Shown: positions 30,560-40,371 of the stretch, piece by piece
Position numbering within the stretch: position 1 is the stretch's first letter
Layout of the letters: the number at the start of each line of letters is the position of its first letter
Source: Planctomycetota bacterium
GTDB taxonomy: Bacteria > Planctomycetota > SZUA-567 > H5-PLA8
Direction of reading: 5' to 3'
Assembly (NCBI GenBank): GCA_038227875.1
Contig: JBBRPR010000002.1
Location: 1 to 64,000, forward strand
DNA length: 64,000 bases
Notes under the pieces: generated by a model
What the model was told of the DNA's origin: nothing
Database searches by the model: none
The model's input: the letters and a program-made list of their open reading frames with translations, nothing else
Translations under genes and position numbers: made by a program

Positions 30560-31636
30560 ATGTGGGACGAAATCGAAAAACGCGGCCATCGCTACCATGA
30601 GCTGAAGAGCTTCCTGGAGAACTCGTCGGGCAGCCCGCAGTATGCCAATTGGCTGCGTGAATTCGGCCGGCTGGGAAAGTTCGGCACGATCTGGGATCAG
30701 TACGCCAAGGCCCGCACGCAGGTCGCGGAAGCGGAAGCGCTGCTGGCGAGCAAGGACATCGACGCCGACCTGAAGACGCTGGCCGAGGATGAACTTAATA
30801 CCGCCAAGCAGACGATGGAAGATTCGCGGCGGCAACTCGTCGACATGCAGCTCAACGAAGACGACGATTCTTCGCGCAACGTCATCGTGGAAATCCACGC
30901 GGGCGTCGGCGGGCAGGAAGCGGCGCTGTTCGTCGGCGACCTCTACGACATGTACCGGCGGTACTCCGAACACAACAAGTGGAAGCTGACCGAGCTTGAG
31001 ATCTCCCATTCGGAAATGGGCGGACTGAAGGAAGTCGTCTTCCGCGTCGAAGGCGACGGCGCGTTCGGCAAGTTCCGCTTCGAAGGCGGCGGCCACCGCG
31101 TGCAGCGCGTGCCGAAAACGGAAACGCAGGGGCGCATCCATACCAGCATGGCCCGCGTGGCGGTACTCCCGGAAGCCGAGGAAGTGGACGTGACGGTCGA
31201 CCCGAAGGACGTGCGCGAAAGCTTCTGCGCGGCGGGCGGACCGGGCGGACAGAAAGTGAATAAAGTGGCGTCGCAGTGCCAATTGGTGCACATCCCGACG
31301 GGAATTATCGTACACTGCATGGAAACCCGTAGCGCGATGCAGAACAAAGTCCGCGCGTGGCAGATCCTGCGGTCGAAGTTGTACGCGTTGAAAAAAGCGG
31401 AAGCGGAGAAGGCGCGGTCCGATCAGCGCCTGGGGCAGATCGGGACTGGAGATCGCAGTGAGCGCGTGCGGACGTATAATTTTCCGCAGAGCCGCGTGAC
31501 GGATCACCGCATCGAAGGCGAAGACAAGAACTGGGACGTGCAGGAAATCATCGGGGGCAACCTCGATGCGCTGGTCCGGAAGCTGGAAGAGTTGCGGCGC
31601 GGAGTGGGGACCACCGATGGTCCGCGCGCGGCTTGA
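30560..31636 (+). CDS. prfA: Peptide chain release factor 1
   Basis: HRVQRVPKTE (PxT), GPGGQ, GDRSERVRTYNFPQ. Confidence 0.95.
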   Translation: MWDEIEKRGHRYHELKSFLENSSGSPQYANWLREFGRLGKFGTIWDQYAKARTQVAEAEALLASKDIDADLKTLAEDELNTAKQTMEDSRRQLVDMQLNEDDDSSRNVIVEIHAGVGGQEAALFVGDLYDMYRRYSEHNKWKLTELEISHSEMGGLKEVVFRVEGDGAFGKFRFEGGGHRVQRVPKTETQGRIHTSMARVAVLPEAEEVDVTVDPKDVRESFCAAGGPGGQKVNKVASQCQLVHIPTGIIVHCMETRSAMQNKVRAWQILRSKLYALKKAEAEKARSDQRLGQIGTGDRSERVRTYNFPQSRVTDHRIEGEDKNWDVQEIIGGNLDALVRKLEELRRGVGTTDGPRAA

Positions 31637-31717
31637 GAGCGGGGATGAGGACGCCAGAATAGCAATTGGAGCCCGGTTGGCCGGGCCACACCAGAATCCA
31701 CCACACGGGAAGCAACC

Positions 31718-32464
31718 ATGGCCGCTGTAAAGCGACTGCAAAAGATTCTCGACCTGCTGGCGAAGCGCTATGAGGTAGAGGGCAAAAAAGGGGAGCAGAC
31801 CGAACTGCGCGACCCGTTTGCCGTCGGAGCCTGGTTCATTCTCGGAATACACGCCAAGAAAAACGGGCAAGGCCGCGCGTACGAAGCGCTGCGCCGCGCC
31901 AAGGGCATCACGCCGGGCCAGGCGCTGGACATCCTTCCCGAAAAACTCACGACCATCTGCCAGCTCGCCGGCCCCTACGACGATGCGCGGGCGAAGGATC
32001 TCTACGCGTACGCCGACACGATCGAAGAAAAGTGCGGCCAGGATTTCGCCAAGGTTTTCAAAGGCAGCCAGGCTGAAGCGCGGAAATTCCTGGAGGAGCA
32101 TCTCAACCGCTCGCGCGCGTTCACCGATTTCCTGCTGATGGCCGGCGGCGGATTTCCCATCTTCGCCATCGACCTGCCCATCGCCCGCGTGGCCTCGCGC
32201 CTGGGCTTCGGGAAGATGAAGAACGACAAGGAATTCGACAAGTCGTACAAGGAGATTCAGAAAGCGCTGGAGGCCGAAGCGCCGAAGGAAACGGACGAAC
32301 TGATGCGGGCCAACGGACTGCTCCATAAACACGGCGTGGAAGTGTGCAAACCGGCGCCGGCGTGCGATGTCTGTCCGCTCTCGGACGACTGTCCGTACTT
32401 CAAGAAGAATCCGCCGCCGCCGAAACCCGCGAAAACCGAGAACGAATACCACCGGCGGTTTTGA
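31718..32464 (+). CDS. Endonuclease III-like (HhH-GPD superfamily) protein with C-terminal Fe-S motif
   Basis: FAIDLPIARVASRLG; HGVEVCKPAPACDVCPLSDDC; HhH motif degenerate. Confidence 0.75.
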   Translation: MAAVKRLQKILDLLAKRYEVEGKKGEQTELRDPFAVGAWFILGIHAKKNGQGRAYEALRRAKGITPGQALDILPEKLTTICQLAGPYDDARAKDLYAYADTIEEKCGQDFAKVFKGSQAEARKFLEEHLNRSRAFTDFLLMAGGGFPIFAIDLPIARVASRLGFGKMKNDKEFDKSYKEIQKALEAEAPKETDELMRANGLLHKHGVEVCKPAPACDVCPLSDDCPYFKKNPPPPKPAKTENEYHRRF

Positions 32465-32465
32465 G

Positions 32466-32508
32466 AATGTCGAATGTCGAATGTCGAATGTCGAATGTCG
32501 AATGTCGA
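32466..32508. repeat. 7-nt tandem array (AATGTCG)6
   Basis: aatgtcgaatgtcgaatgtcg...; same unit as 24562-24606. Confidence 0.9.
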
Positions 32509-32552
32509 AAAATTGAAATCCGAAGAATGAAGTTGCTGCAAGAAACGAGCGA

Positions 32553-33479
32553 ATGAGCCGGATTCAAAACGTACCGCCACCTCCGCCGCCCGCGCCGCGC
32601 GTGTGGACGTCGCTGGACCTGATCAACTGGACGAAGGACTTCTTCCAGAAGAAGGGCGTCGAGAGTCCGCGCCTGGAGGCGGAGATGCTGCTCTCCGCGG
32701 TGCTGGGCTGTCCGCGCATTCGCCTGTACGTCGATTTCGAAAAGCCGGTGCCTGCCGAGAAGCTTGCGCAGTTCAAGGATTTCGTGAAGCGCCGCGCCGA
32801 AACGCGCGAGCCGATTCAGTACATCATCGGCCACACCGATTTCATTGACCTGCGGCTGAAGGTGAACAAAGCCACGCTGATCCCGCGTCCGGAAACGGAA
32901 GTGCTCGCGCTGTGGGCCGTGGAAAAGTCGAAAGCTGTCGAAGGCGATAGCGTGACGGTCGTGGATCTGTGTACGGGATCCGGATGCCTGGGCCTGTTCG
33001 TCGCTTCAAAAGATCCGCGCGCGAAAGTGACGGCGACGGATCTCTCCGCCGAAGCTCTGGCGCTCGCGAAAGAGAACGCGACGGCGCTGAAACTCGAAGA
33101 GCGCGTCACGTTCGCGCCAGGCGATTTGTTCGCTGCGCTGCCGCCGGAATTGAAAGGCACGATCGATGTGCTGGTGGCCAATCCGCCGTACATCGACCCG
33201 GCGGATCGGGAGTCGTTGCAGCCGGAAGTGCGCGATCACGAGCCGGCCCAAGCCCTGTTTGCGGCCGACAAAGGGCTGGAGTTGGTGAAGAAAATTATCA
33301 GCGGGGCGCCGGAGTGGCTGAAGCCTGGTGGGTGGGTGGGGATTGAGTTCGGGTTCGGACAGGATGTGCTCATACGTGAATTCGCGTCAACGATTAATAC
33401 GATGGAATCTGTCGGGATTGCCCCAGACGGCGCGAAAAAAAATCGCTTTGTTCATCTCAAACGTCTAGTCACCTCCTAG
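32553..33479 (+). CDS. prmC: Release factor glutamine methyltransferase
   Basis: EPIQYIIG, LIPRPETE, DLCTGSG, NPPY. Confidence 0.95.
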   Translation: MSRIQNVPPPPPPAPRVWTSLDLINWTKDFFQKKGVESPRLEAEMLLSAVLGCPRIRLYVDFEKPVPAEKLAQFKDFVKRRAETREPIQYIIGHTDFIDLRLKVNKATLIPRPETEVLALWAVEKSKAVEGDSVTVVDLCTGSGCLGLFVASKDPRAKVTATDLSAEALALAKENATALKLEERVTFAPGDLFAALPPELKGTIDVLVANPPYIDPADRESLQPEVRDHEPAQALFAADKGLELVKKIISGAPEWLKPGGWVGIEFGFGQDVLIREFASTINTMESVGIAPDGAKKNRFVHLKRLVTS

Positions 33480-33565
33480 TTCGCATTTATAATTCAGCCG
33501 GATCAAGTTTCGCTTTGTCTCCATAATAACGAAGCGAATTCCCATATACCTCACCGGAGGCTGAC

Positions 33566-34096
33566 GTGGATTCATCTCTCTTCATTCTGTTATTGGGCTT
33601 GGCTGTGGGCGGACTCAGCGGCATTCTGGGCATTGGCGGCGGCGTGTTTCTGATTCCCGGAATGATGTACTTCTTCCATTTCTCGCAACAGAAAGCGCAA
33701 GGCACGACGTTGGCGGCGATGGTGCCGCCGATCGGGCTGTTCGCCGCGCTGCAATACCACAGGCAGGGTTTTGTTGATATCACCGCGGCGGTCTGCATCG
33801 CTTGCGGCTTCACGCTCGGCGCGTTTCTCACGGCAGGGTTGATCAAATATATTCCGACGACGCTGCTGAGCCAGATTTTCGGCACGCTGATGCTGTTTCT
33901 GGGAATGAGAATGGTGGTGATGTCGGAACGCCAATCGGCTCTGGTGATCAGCGCCGGGATTGCGTGGGCGCTGGCGTGGGGAACGTTCTTCATCAGTCGG
34001 CACTGGGGTGCGCGTTTTGGTGTGCGGCCGCGTTATAGCGACGTACTGAAGGAGATCGCCATTGGATCGCCCGTCGGTGTCGACTATCAGATCTAA
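33566..34096 (+). CDS. TauE/SafE-family membrane protein
   Basis: GGLSGILGIGGGVFLIP, QQKAQGTTLA. Confidence 0.8.
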   Translation: MDSSLFILLLGLAVGGLSGILGIGGGVFLIPGMMYFFHFSQQKAQGTTLAAMVPPIGLFAALQYHRQGFVDITAAVCIACGFTLGAFLTAGLIKYIPTTLLSQIFGTLMLFLGMRMVVMSERQSALVISAGIAWALAWGTFFISRHWGARFGVRPRYSDVLKEIAIGSPVGVDYQI

Positions 34097-34205
34097 TTCG
34101 TAACCTTACGAATTTACCGGAGTCCTTACCTAATCATCGTAGTCTCCCGCTTCTTTCAAAGGTATGTTTAGCGCACCGCTGAACGTACCCTTGAAAGGAG
34201 CGTCT

Positions 34206-35357
34206 GTGCTGACCCTCGATAAATCCCAACTGCTGACAAAAATGCCCCTCTTTGAGGCCGGCCAGGATGGCTACCGCGTCTGCCGGATCCCCGGGCTGCT
34301 GGTGACGCGCAACGGCGTGGCGCTGGCATCCGCGGAAGCTCGGCGTGGAAACGGCGGCGACTACGATGACATCGATCTCCTTCTGCGCCGCAGCACCGAC
34401 GGCGGTAAGACGTGGAGCAAGCCGCAGCTGCTCGCGTCGAATCAGCCGTATGGACCCGGCCCGATGCACAATCTTTCGCTGCTCTGCGATCGCGACGACG
34501 GCGTGGTTCACGCCGTGTATTGCCACGATTACGCGCGTGTCTTTCACGCTACGAGCTCCGACGACGGCGCCACATTTTCGGCGCCGGTTGAAATCACAGA
34601 TGTCGTCGCCGCATACCGCAAAATTTACCCATGGAGAACGGTTGGAACTGGGCCTGCGCATGGACTCCAGCTGCGAAGCGGGCGCTTCATCATCCCGACG
34701 TGGTTTTCAGACGGATCAGGAACCGAAATGGGGAGCGGCAAGCGCGGACATCGGCCGTCTACGGTGGGTGTGATCTACAGCGATGATCACGGCAGGACGT
34801 GGGCGTGTGGCGACATGGTCGCGTGGTCGGATCAGCGCTTCCGGAATCCGAGCGAGACAGTAGCGGTGGAACTCAGCGATGGCCGTGTCCTCTTCAACAT
34901 GCGCACGGAATGCGAGGAGCACCGGCGGCTCATCGCCATCAGTCCTAATGGCGCGACGCAATGGACAGACCCTCAATTTGATGCCGCGCTGCTCGACCCG
35001 GTATGCATGGGCAGTATCGTACGTCTGTCTGGGCTCGACGACGGCAAGAAGAGTCGCGTGCTTTTCGCCAATCCTTATACGCTCGAGCGCACGATGACCG
35101 CGGGTTGGTCGTCCGTGAACTGTGACCGGAAGAACCTTACAGTTCAGCTATCATACGATGACTGTAAGACGTGGGCGGTGAAGAAAGTGATCGAGGCTGG
35201 CCCGTCGGGCTACTCCGACCTGCAACTGCTGCCCGACGGAACGATCCTGTGTCTGTACGAATCCGGCGCGCCCGTGAACGCAATGTGCCAGGATCGGTAT
35301 CTGACCCTGGCACGCTTCAATCTCGAATGGATCACGGACGGCCGCGACTCGCTGTGA
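34206..35357 (+). CDS. Sialidase-family (GH33-like, BNR repeat) glycosidase
   Basis: RIPG, Asp boxes STDGGKTW/SDDGATF/SDDHGRTW/SYDDCKTW, GYSDL; GTG after AAGGAG (alternative ATG at 34164). Confidence 0.88.
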   Translation: MLTLDKSQLLTKMPLFEAGQDGYRVCRIPGLLVTRNGVALASAEARRGNGGDYDDIDLLLRRSTDGGKTWSKPQLLASNQPYGPGPMHNLSLLCDRDDGVVHAVYCHDYARVFHATSSDDGATFSAPVEITDVVAAYRKIYPWRTVGTGPAHGLQLRSGRFIIPTWFSDGSGTEMGSGKRGHRPSTVGVIYSDDHGRTWACGDMVAWSDQRFRNPSETVAVELSDGRVLFNMRTECEEHRRLIAISPNGATQWTDPQFDAALLDPVCMGSIVRLSGLDDGKKSRVLFANPYTLERTMTAGWSSVNCDRKNLTVQLSYDDCKTWAVKKVIEAGPSGYSDLQLLPDGTILCLYESGAPVNAMCQDRYLTLARFNLEWITDGRDSL

Positions 35358-35376
35358 CAGCGTGTGCAATGCGGTG

Positions 35377-35877
35377 TTACATTGTTTTTGCGTGCGCCAC
35401 GAGCTGATCGAGCGCCTTGCCCCAGCCATCGCTGAAACCCATGTTGCGATGCTTCTCGCAATCGCTTTCATTGCGGTGAATGCAGATGGCCGTGTACTTG
35501 GTTCCCTTGCCCTGCGCCTCCAGAAGAATCGTCGCGGTGAAGAGTAGATTGTCCGCGCCGTTCACGGCCTCTTGCGCGGGCCGGAAACCCGGGAGCAACG
35601 CGGATGTCCAGACCAACCTCTCGTTGGGAATGACTTCGAGGAAGCAGCCCATGTTGGGAAATTCCTGACCTTCCGGCGAACGCATGGTGGTGCGGAAGAT
35701 GCCGCCGGGCCGCAGCTCGACCTCGCAATCGATGGTGGTCCACGGCGCGGGCGTGAAACATTTCTTGATGTGTTCCGGCACGGTCCATGCTTTCCAGACC
35801 AGATTGGGCGGCACGTCGACAACGCGTTCCAGCATCAAGTCCAGCTTGGGGTCGAGCTTCTGCGTCTTTGCGCTCAC
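35377..35877 (-). CDS. SRPBCC (AHSA1-like) protein
   Basis: [27 protein letters not shown]. Confidence 0.88.
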   Translation of the reverse strand: MSAKTQKLDPKLDLMLERVVDVPPNLVWKAWTVPEHIKKCFTPAPWTTIDCEVELRPGGIFRTTMRSPEGQEFPNMGCFLEVIPNERLVWTSALLPGFRPAQEAVNGADNLLFTATILLEAQGKGTKYTAICIHRNESDCEKHRNMGFSDGWGKALDQLVAHAKTM

Positions 35878-36212
35878 GAATTACTCTCCTTCATTTTCAA
35901 GAGGTACGAGTCTAATTGATCGAGCCGGCGCTCCCAGGTGGTGCGCTGCTTGACCATCCAATGTTCCGCGGCTTTCAAGCGGGGCGCGGCGAGCTGAAAT
36001 GTGCGCACGCGCCCCTTTTTCTTCGACCGCACCAGCCCGCAGTCTTCGAGCACATCCAAGTGTTGTGAAAACGACGGCAGGGCCATGTCGAAAGGCCGGG
36101 CCAGCTCCGTCATCGCCGCCGGCCCGCCGCTCAACCGTTCCACGACCGCGCGCCGCGTCGGGTCTGCCAACGCGCGGAAAACGAGATCGAGCTGTGCGGA
36201 ATGGTTAGGCAT
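35874..36212 (-). CDS. ArsR-family regulator
   Basis: [32 protein letters not shown]. Confidence 0.92.
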   Translation of the reverse strand: MPNHSAQLDLVFRALADPTRRAVVERLSGGPAAMTELARPFDMALPSFSQHLDVLEDCGLVRSKKKGRVRTFQLAAPRLKAAEHWMVKQRTTWERRLDQLDSYLLKMKESNS

Positions 36213-36384
36213 GTGCCGAACTATAGTGGAATAGAAACTTAGGTCAATGCCTTTGTAATAAAAAATTGATCCGCAATGAAATTGAAATGAAATATATGCG
36301 CCGCGAGTAAGAGGTCTTCACTTCCTGAAGGGCCACCGTAGAATTGCAGGCTTGGTGCGGACAACTCATGCTAGGAGCCCTCCC

Positions 36385-36828
36385 GTGTGCAAAACAATCA
36401 AGCAGAAGGTGAAGTTCAAGGCCTCTTCGAAAGCCGTCTACCAGCTTCTGGCCGACTCGAAGTTGCACAGCACTTTTTCCGGCGAGAAGGCCAACATCAG
36501 CAAGAAAGTGGGCGGGGCGTTTTCGGCGTACTCCGGTTACATCACGGGCATCAACGTCGATCTTGACCCCGGCAAGAGAATCGTCCAGGCCTGGCGGGCA
36601 AAAGATTTCCCGACCGGAATTTTTTCGATGGCCACCTTCAATCTGGCCGAGACGCGTGACGGCGGAACCGAATTAGTCCTGACGCACCGCGGCGTGCCCA
36701 AGGCCCTGATCCCAAGCATTGAAAAGGGCTGGCGGGAATTTTATTGGGAGAGGATGAAGCAGTATCTAGCGCGAGGTTTAAGGCGGGAAAAATGTACGGC
36801 GAACAACATTGCTCGCCGCACGGATTAG
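36385..36828 (+). CDS. SRPBCC (AHSA1-like) protein
   Basis: VGGAFSAY, PGKRIVQAWR, GWREFYW; GTG after AGGAG. Confidence 0.8.
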   Translation: MCKTIKQKVKFKASSKAVYQLLADSKLHSTFSGEKANISKKVGGAFSAYSGYITGINVDLDPGKRIVQAWRAKDFPTGIFSMATFNLAETRDGGTELVLTHRGVPKALIPSIEKGWREFYWERMKQYLARGLRREKCTANNIARRTD

Positions 36829-36847
36829 GATTCCTGATTCAGGGTGT

Positions 36848-37480
36848 TCATTTCACCGCTTTCCAAAGCACGCTAGAGGCAGTTTGTCCGCACTCGACCA
36901 GCAGTGCGCATTGCCGGAACCGGCAGTCTGCGCCAGTCGTGTTCGGTGCAGAATAGGATTTGATCGTCCGTTCAATCAACGCGGGCAGACTCATCGTCAC
37001 AATGGGCTTCTCCAGAATCCATTGAACATTGAAGGGGATCAACTTTCGCCGCAAGGTTTCGGTGACGCTTCGATTGGTCATTAAAATTACCGGCACTTTT
37101 CGTGTATCGGGATTGTTCCGCAGTCCGCGCAACAACGCATCTCCGTCCAGACCTTCTGCATCCCAATCCAACAGAATCAAGTGGGGCACATCAATCAACA
37201 CCGTATTGCTGACGCTTGCCGCCGCCGGCACGTGCACATTCATGCCATGCTTCAGCAGAATCATTCGCACCAAATCCGTGTGAATGGAATCACCGGCGAT
37301 AAAAAGGATGTTGGGTGCGTCCGCCTTGGCTGGGTCGGCCGCAGGGTCTGTTTCAAATTGGGCCAGAGCGGTTTTGGTCTTGATTGTAACCCGACTACGG
37401 CTGGCTCGAGACGCGTATGGAACTGGCCCGGACTGGCTGGTCGGGTTCAATTTCTCCAAGGGTACAGTTGTGGGATGCAT
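36848..37480 (-). CDS. Response regulator receiver-domain protein
   Basis: LILLDW, LDG, PVILMT, LEKP. Confidence 0.75.
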   Translation of the reverse strand: MHPTTVPLEKLNPTSQSGPVPYASRASRSRVTIKTKTALAQFETDPAADPAKADAPNILFIAGDSIHTDLVRMILLKHGMNVHVPAAASVSNTVLIDVPHLILLDWDAEGLDGDALLRGLRNNPDTRKVPVILMTNRSVTETLRRKLIPFNVQWILEKPIVTMSLPALIERTIKSYSAPNTTGADCRFRQCALLVECGQTASSVLWKAVK

Positions 37481-37865
37481 GAAATATCCTTTTCAAAGGG
37501 GCTCGCAGGGATGTAACACGGGTTGGTAAGGCGAATCCCGAACCATTCGTATTTAAATTCGCAATATTCAGACGTAGTAAGGATAAGGGGTTATGGGTTT
37601 CGAAATCACAGGCCAGTTCGGCGGGTCCAAAGTGGAGAACAGACTGTCCAGAAGTCTGGACGCCGGCTGAATCCGATTTCAGGAGTCATCGCCTGTTCGA
37701 TTCTTTCGTTGGATTTCTTTCACCAAGCCGATCTTTTATAGAAAGCTTCGTCTGGTGCGGCGGAGAAGGGCTACGCGCGAGCACTTCGCAAGTGAGCGAG
37801 TTAGCGGATGCTGAGATCCTTGAAGTTAGTGTAGTAAATCGTGCGATTCATAGGAGCAGCGTACA

Positions 37866-37939
37866 TATCCCTGGCGGGATTCGAACCCACGACCTCCGGT
37901 TTAGGAAACCAGCGCTCTATCCATCTGAGCTACAGGGAC
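37866..37939 (-). tRNA. tRNA-Arg (CCT)
   Basis: gtccctg/cagggat acceptor stem, TAGCTCAG-GGATAGAGC D arm, ctggt-ttCCTaa-accgg anticodon arm, GGTTCGAATCC; no encoded CCA. Confidence 0.95.
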
Positions 37940-38039
37940 GCATATGTTGCGAACCGAAATGATATCGCCTCCGCCGCCCGGCGCAACGGCGGCAACGGCG
38001 GCTACGGTGGCTTGAAGGCGTGAAATGCCGTGGTTGATT

Positions 38040-38876
38040 TCAGCTCCGGTGATAGAGCTTCGGGCGGCGGCGTTTCCAGAGGTCGATGCGCAGATCGATT
38101 TTCGGGCCGCGGCCGTGCCACATCGGCGATCCGCGCGGCGCTTCGAGATCGATTTCGGCACTCAGCACGTTCGTGCCGTGAACGGTTTTGCTCAAGATTG
38201 CGCCCGCGTTGTCGATGATCGCGGCGCCGCAGCCGTTGTACTTTTCGCGCGGTTCGGCGGAGTAGCTGGAGAAGACCACGGGCATGTAATTCTCGGCGGC
38301 GCGCGCTCGCGCCAGTGTGAAAAATTGGTCGGAATTTCCAGCAGTCGGCACGACCAGGAATTTCGCGCCGCGCGCGTGATGCGTGCGCGCGATCTCGGGG
38401 AAGAGCACCTCGTAGCAGGTGAGGATCCCCGCCGGACCCAGCACGGTCGGAAGCGGTTTAATTGCTTTTCCCGCGGCGATCTTTCCTTCCGGTTTTTCGT
38501 CAGGCGCCAGATGCGTCTTCGCGTACGAGCCCAGGATGCGGCCGCGCGTGTCGACGGAGATCGTGACATTCAGCAGCGTGCGGCCGACCCACGCGCACTG
38601 CCCGACGATCACGCCGATGCGGTGCTCAGCGGCCGCGGCTTGCACCATTTCGATGAATGGCCCCTTCCCGAATTTCACCGCCAGGCGCCGGTGCGGACGG
38701 TCGGGAAGATCGACGGCCTCGTGAGTGCGCTGCACGTCGACGTATTCCGGAAAGCAGATCAATTTGGCGCCGCGCTTGGCGGCCTGTGCGATCAAGCGCC
38801 AGACAGTTTTCCGGCGGGCTTCCAGCGTGACCAGCTTCATCGAAATGGGCGCGGCGGCGATGACGGCTTTGCGCAT
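38040..38876 (-). CDS. Carbon-nitrogen hydrolase (nitrilase superfamily)
   Basis: Glu-Lys-Cys triad: CFPEY, YAKTHL, TCYEVLFPE; RARAAEN. Confidence 0.88.
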   Translation of the reverse strand: MRKAVIAAAPISMKLVTLEARRKTVWRLIAQAAKRGAKLICFPEYVDVQRTHEAVDLPDRPHRRLAVKFGKGPFIEMVQAAAAEHRIGVIVGQCAWVGRTLLNVTISVDTRGRILGSYAKTHLAPDEKPEGKIAAGKAIKPLPTVLGPAGILTCYEVLFPEIARTHHARGAKFLVVPTAGNSDQFFTLARARAAENYMPVVFSSYSAEPREKYNGCGAAIIDNAGAILSKTVHGTNVLSAEIDLEAPRGSPMWHGRGPKIDLRIDLWKRRRPKLYHRS

Positions 38877-39196
38877 CAATTTTCTCTCGCGAGTAAACTA
38901 CTGCCCGAGCTTCAGCAGCTCCTGAATCATCCTCGCGACGTCGCGCCGGATGCGTTCAAAGTCGGCTTGGGTATACTCGCTATTTTACTTTTCGAGATCG
39001 ATTTTCGGCATCACGTCCAAAATGCATTTCGGACGGCCGCGGCTTTCGCTTTCGCGCCCTATTCGGCTTTTCGATCACTTTAACGTCATCAAGCGATTCG
39101 AAATCGGCGAGGACGTTCGCGTGGCAGACATATTGGAGGACTTGAAAATGTTTCAATTTGTCCGGAAAGATGCTGCCACCCGTTCCGCTGCGGTGT

Positions 39197-39223
39197 AAAG
39201 TGAATCGATGCTCGATTCACTTT
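39197..39223. promoter_or_regulatory. Inverted repeat, putative operator upstream of GntR
   Basis: aaagtgaatcga-tgc-tcgattcacttt, 12-bp perfect arms. Confidence 0.55.
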
Positions 39224-39237
39224 GAAGGCCTCCTGCA

Positions 39238-40353
39238 ATGAAGAAAACGTCCCCAGAAATCGCCAATTCAGTTCCTAAATATAGTCAATTAAAAGACTTA
39301 ATCGTAGATCGCATCCGCAACGGCAAGCTCGCGCCGGGGGCCGACATACCCACTCAGCGTGAACTGATGGCGCAGTTTAACCTGAGCTACTCCACCGTCA
39401 GCCGGGCGCTTCAGGACCTCGCCCGCGACGGGTACATCACCCGCGTTATGGGCTCCGGCAGCGTCGTCGCGCAAACCGCTGCGGCCAAACTGCGCGGGCC
39501 CATGCGCGTCCATATTATTGGCGGCATCCCCGAAGCGCAGCGCAAAGGTTTGCTGATTTTCCAGGAGCTGCTCGAAGCCGGCCGCGAACTCGGCCTGACT
39601 TTTGCGCCGCATGAAGACGAGACTCAGGCGGAGCGCGCCGCCTGCATCGACACCGTGCTCAACGCCGCGAAGTCCGTCGCGCCGGAAGCGTTTATCTTTC
39701 CATACTTCGCCGGCAACCGCGATCACATCGACCGGCTGAAAAAACTCGGCGTGCCGTATGTCGTGATGGATGTGCCGCACAAAATGGATGGCTACAATAT
39801 CGTGCTGCGCGACCACCGTGCCGGAGCTCGCGTGATGATCGAACGACTTCTCGCCGCCGGTCACAAGCCGGAAAATATCGGGCTGCTATTGGGCACCACC
39901 GATCTTAGCGATCCGGATCCCTTTCAATGGGATCAGGCCAAGTCCGATGGCGTCGTGGATGCCTTGGGCCCATGCGATCCGAGCCGGACAGTCTGGCGCG
40001 TGGAACCCACGGCTGAAGGTGGCGACCGCGCGACGCGCCAGCTGCTGGAACGCCTGCCGAAGCTCACCGCGCTCTTCTGCGACAACGCCGACAAAGCGCA
40101 GGGCGCGTGCCGGGCGCTGTCAGCGGCCGGACGCCGCATACCGCAGGACGTTTCGGTGGCGTGCGTGAATACGCCGCGCGCGGGAACTTCCGTCGCGCTG
40201 GCTCACACCTGGGCGCCGGCGGAAGGCGTCGGACGTGCGGCGGCGGAAGTACTCTTTGCGCTGCTCACCGGAAAATCGACCGCGCCATACGTTCGTGAAC
40301 TTGAGATGAGCTTTGACGACGGCGCGTCGATCGCGCCTCCGACGAAACAATGA
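39238..40353 (+). CDS. GntR-HTH regulator with LacI-type ligand-binding domain
   Basis: PKYSQLK...PTQRELMAQFNLSYSTVSRAL...GSGS; RIPQDVSV. Confidence 0.88.
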   Translation: MKKTSPEIANSVPKYSQLKDLIVDRIRNGKLAPGADIPTQRELMAQFNLSYSTVSRALQDLARDGYITRVMGSGSVVAQTAAAKLRGPMRVHIIGGIPEAQRKGLLIFQELLEAGRELGLTFAPHEDETQAERAACIDTVLNAAKSVAPEAFIFPYFAGNRDHIDRLKKLGVPYVVMDVPHKMDGYNIVLRDHRAGARVMIERLLAAGHKPENIGLLLGTTDLSDPDPFQWDQAKSDGVVDALGPCDPSRTVWRVEPTAEGGDRATRQLLERLPKLTALFCDNADKAQGACRALSAAGRRIPQDVSVACVNTPRAGTSVALAHTWAPAEGVGRAAAEVLFALLTGKSTAPYVRELEMSFDDGASIAPPTKQ

Positions 40354-40371
40354 AATAGAAGGGGCAAACCG

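Noticed and set aside
37866..37939. Prophage or integrative element at tRNA-Arg
   Set aside because: No integrase, phage genes or att duplication in the window
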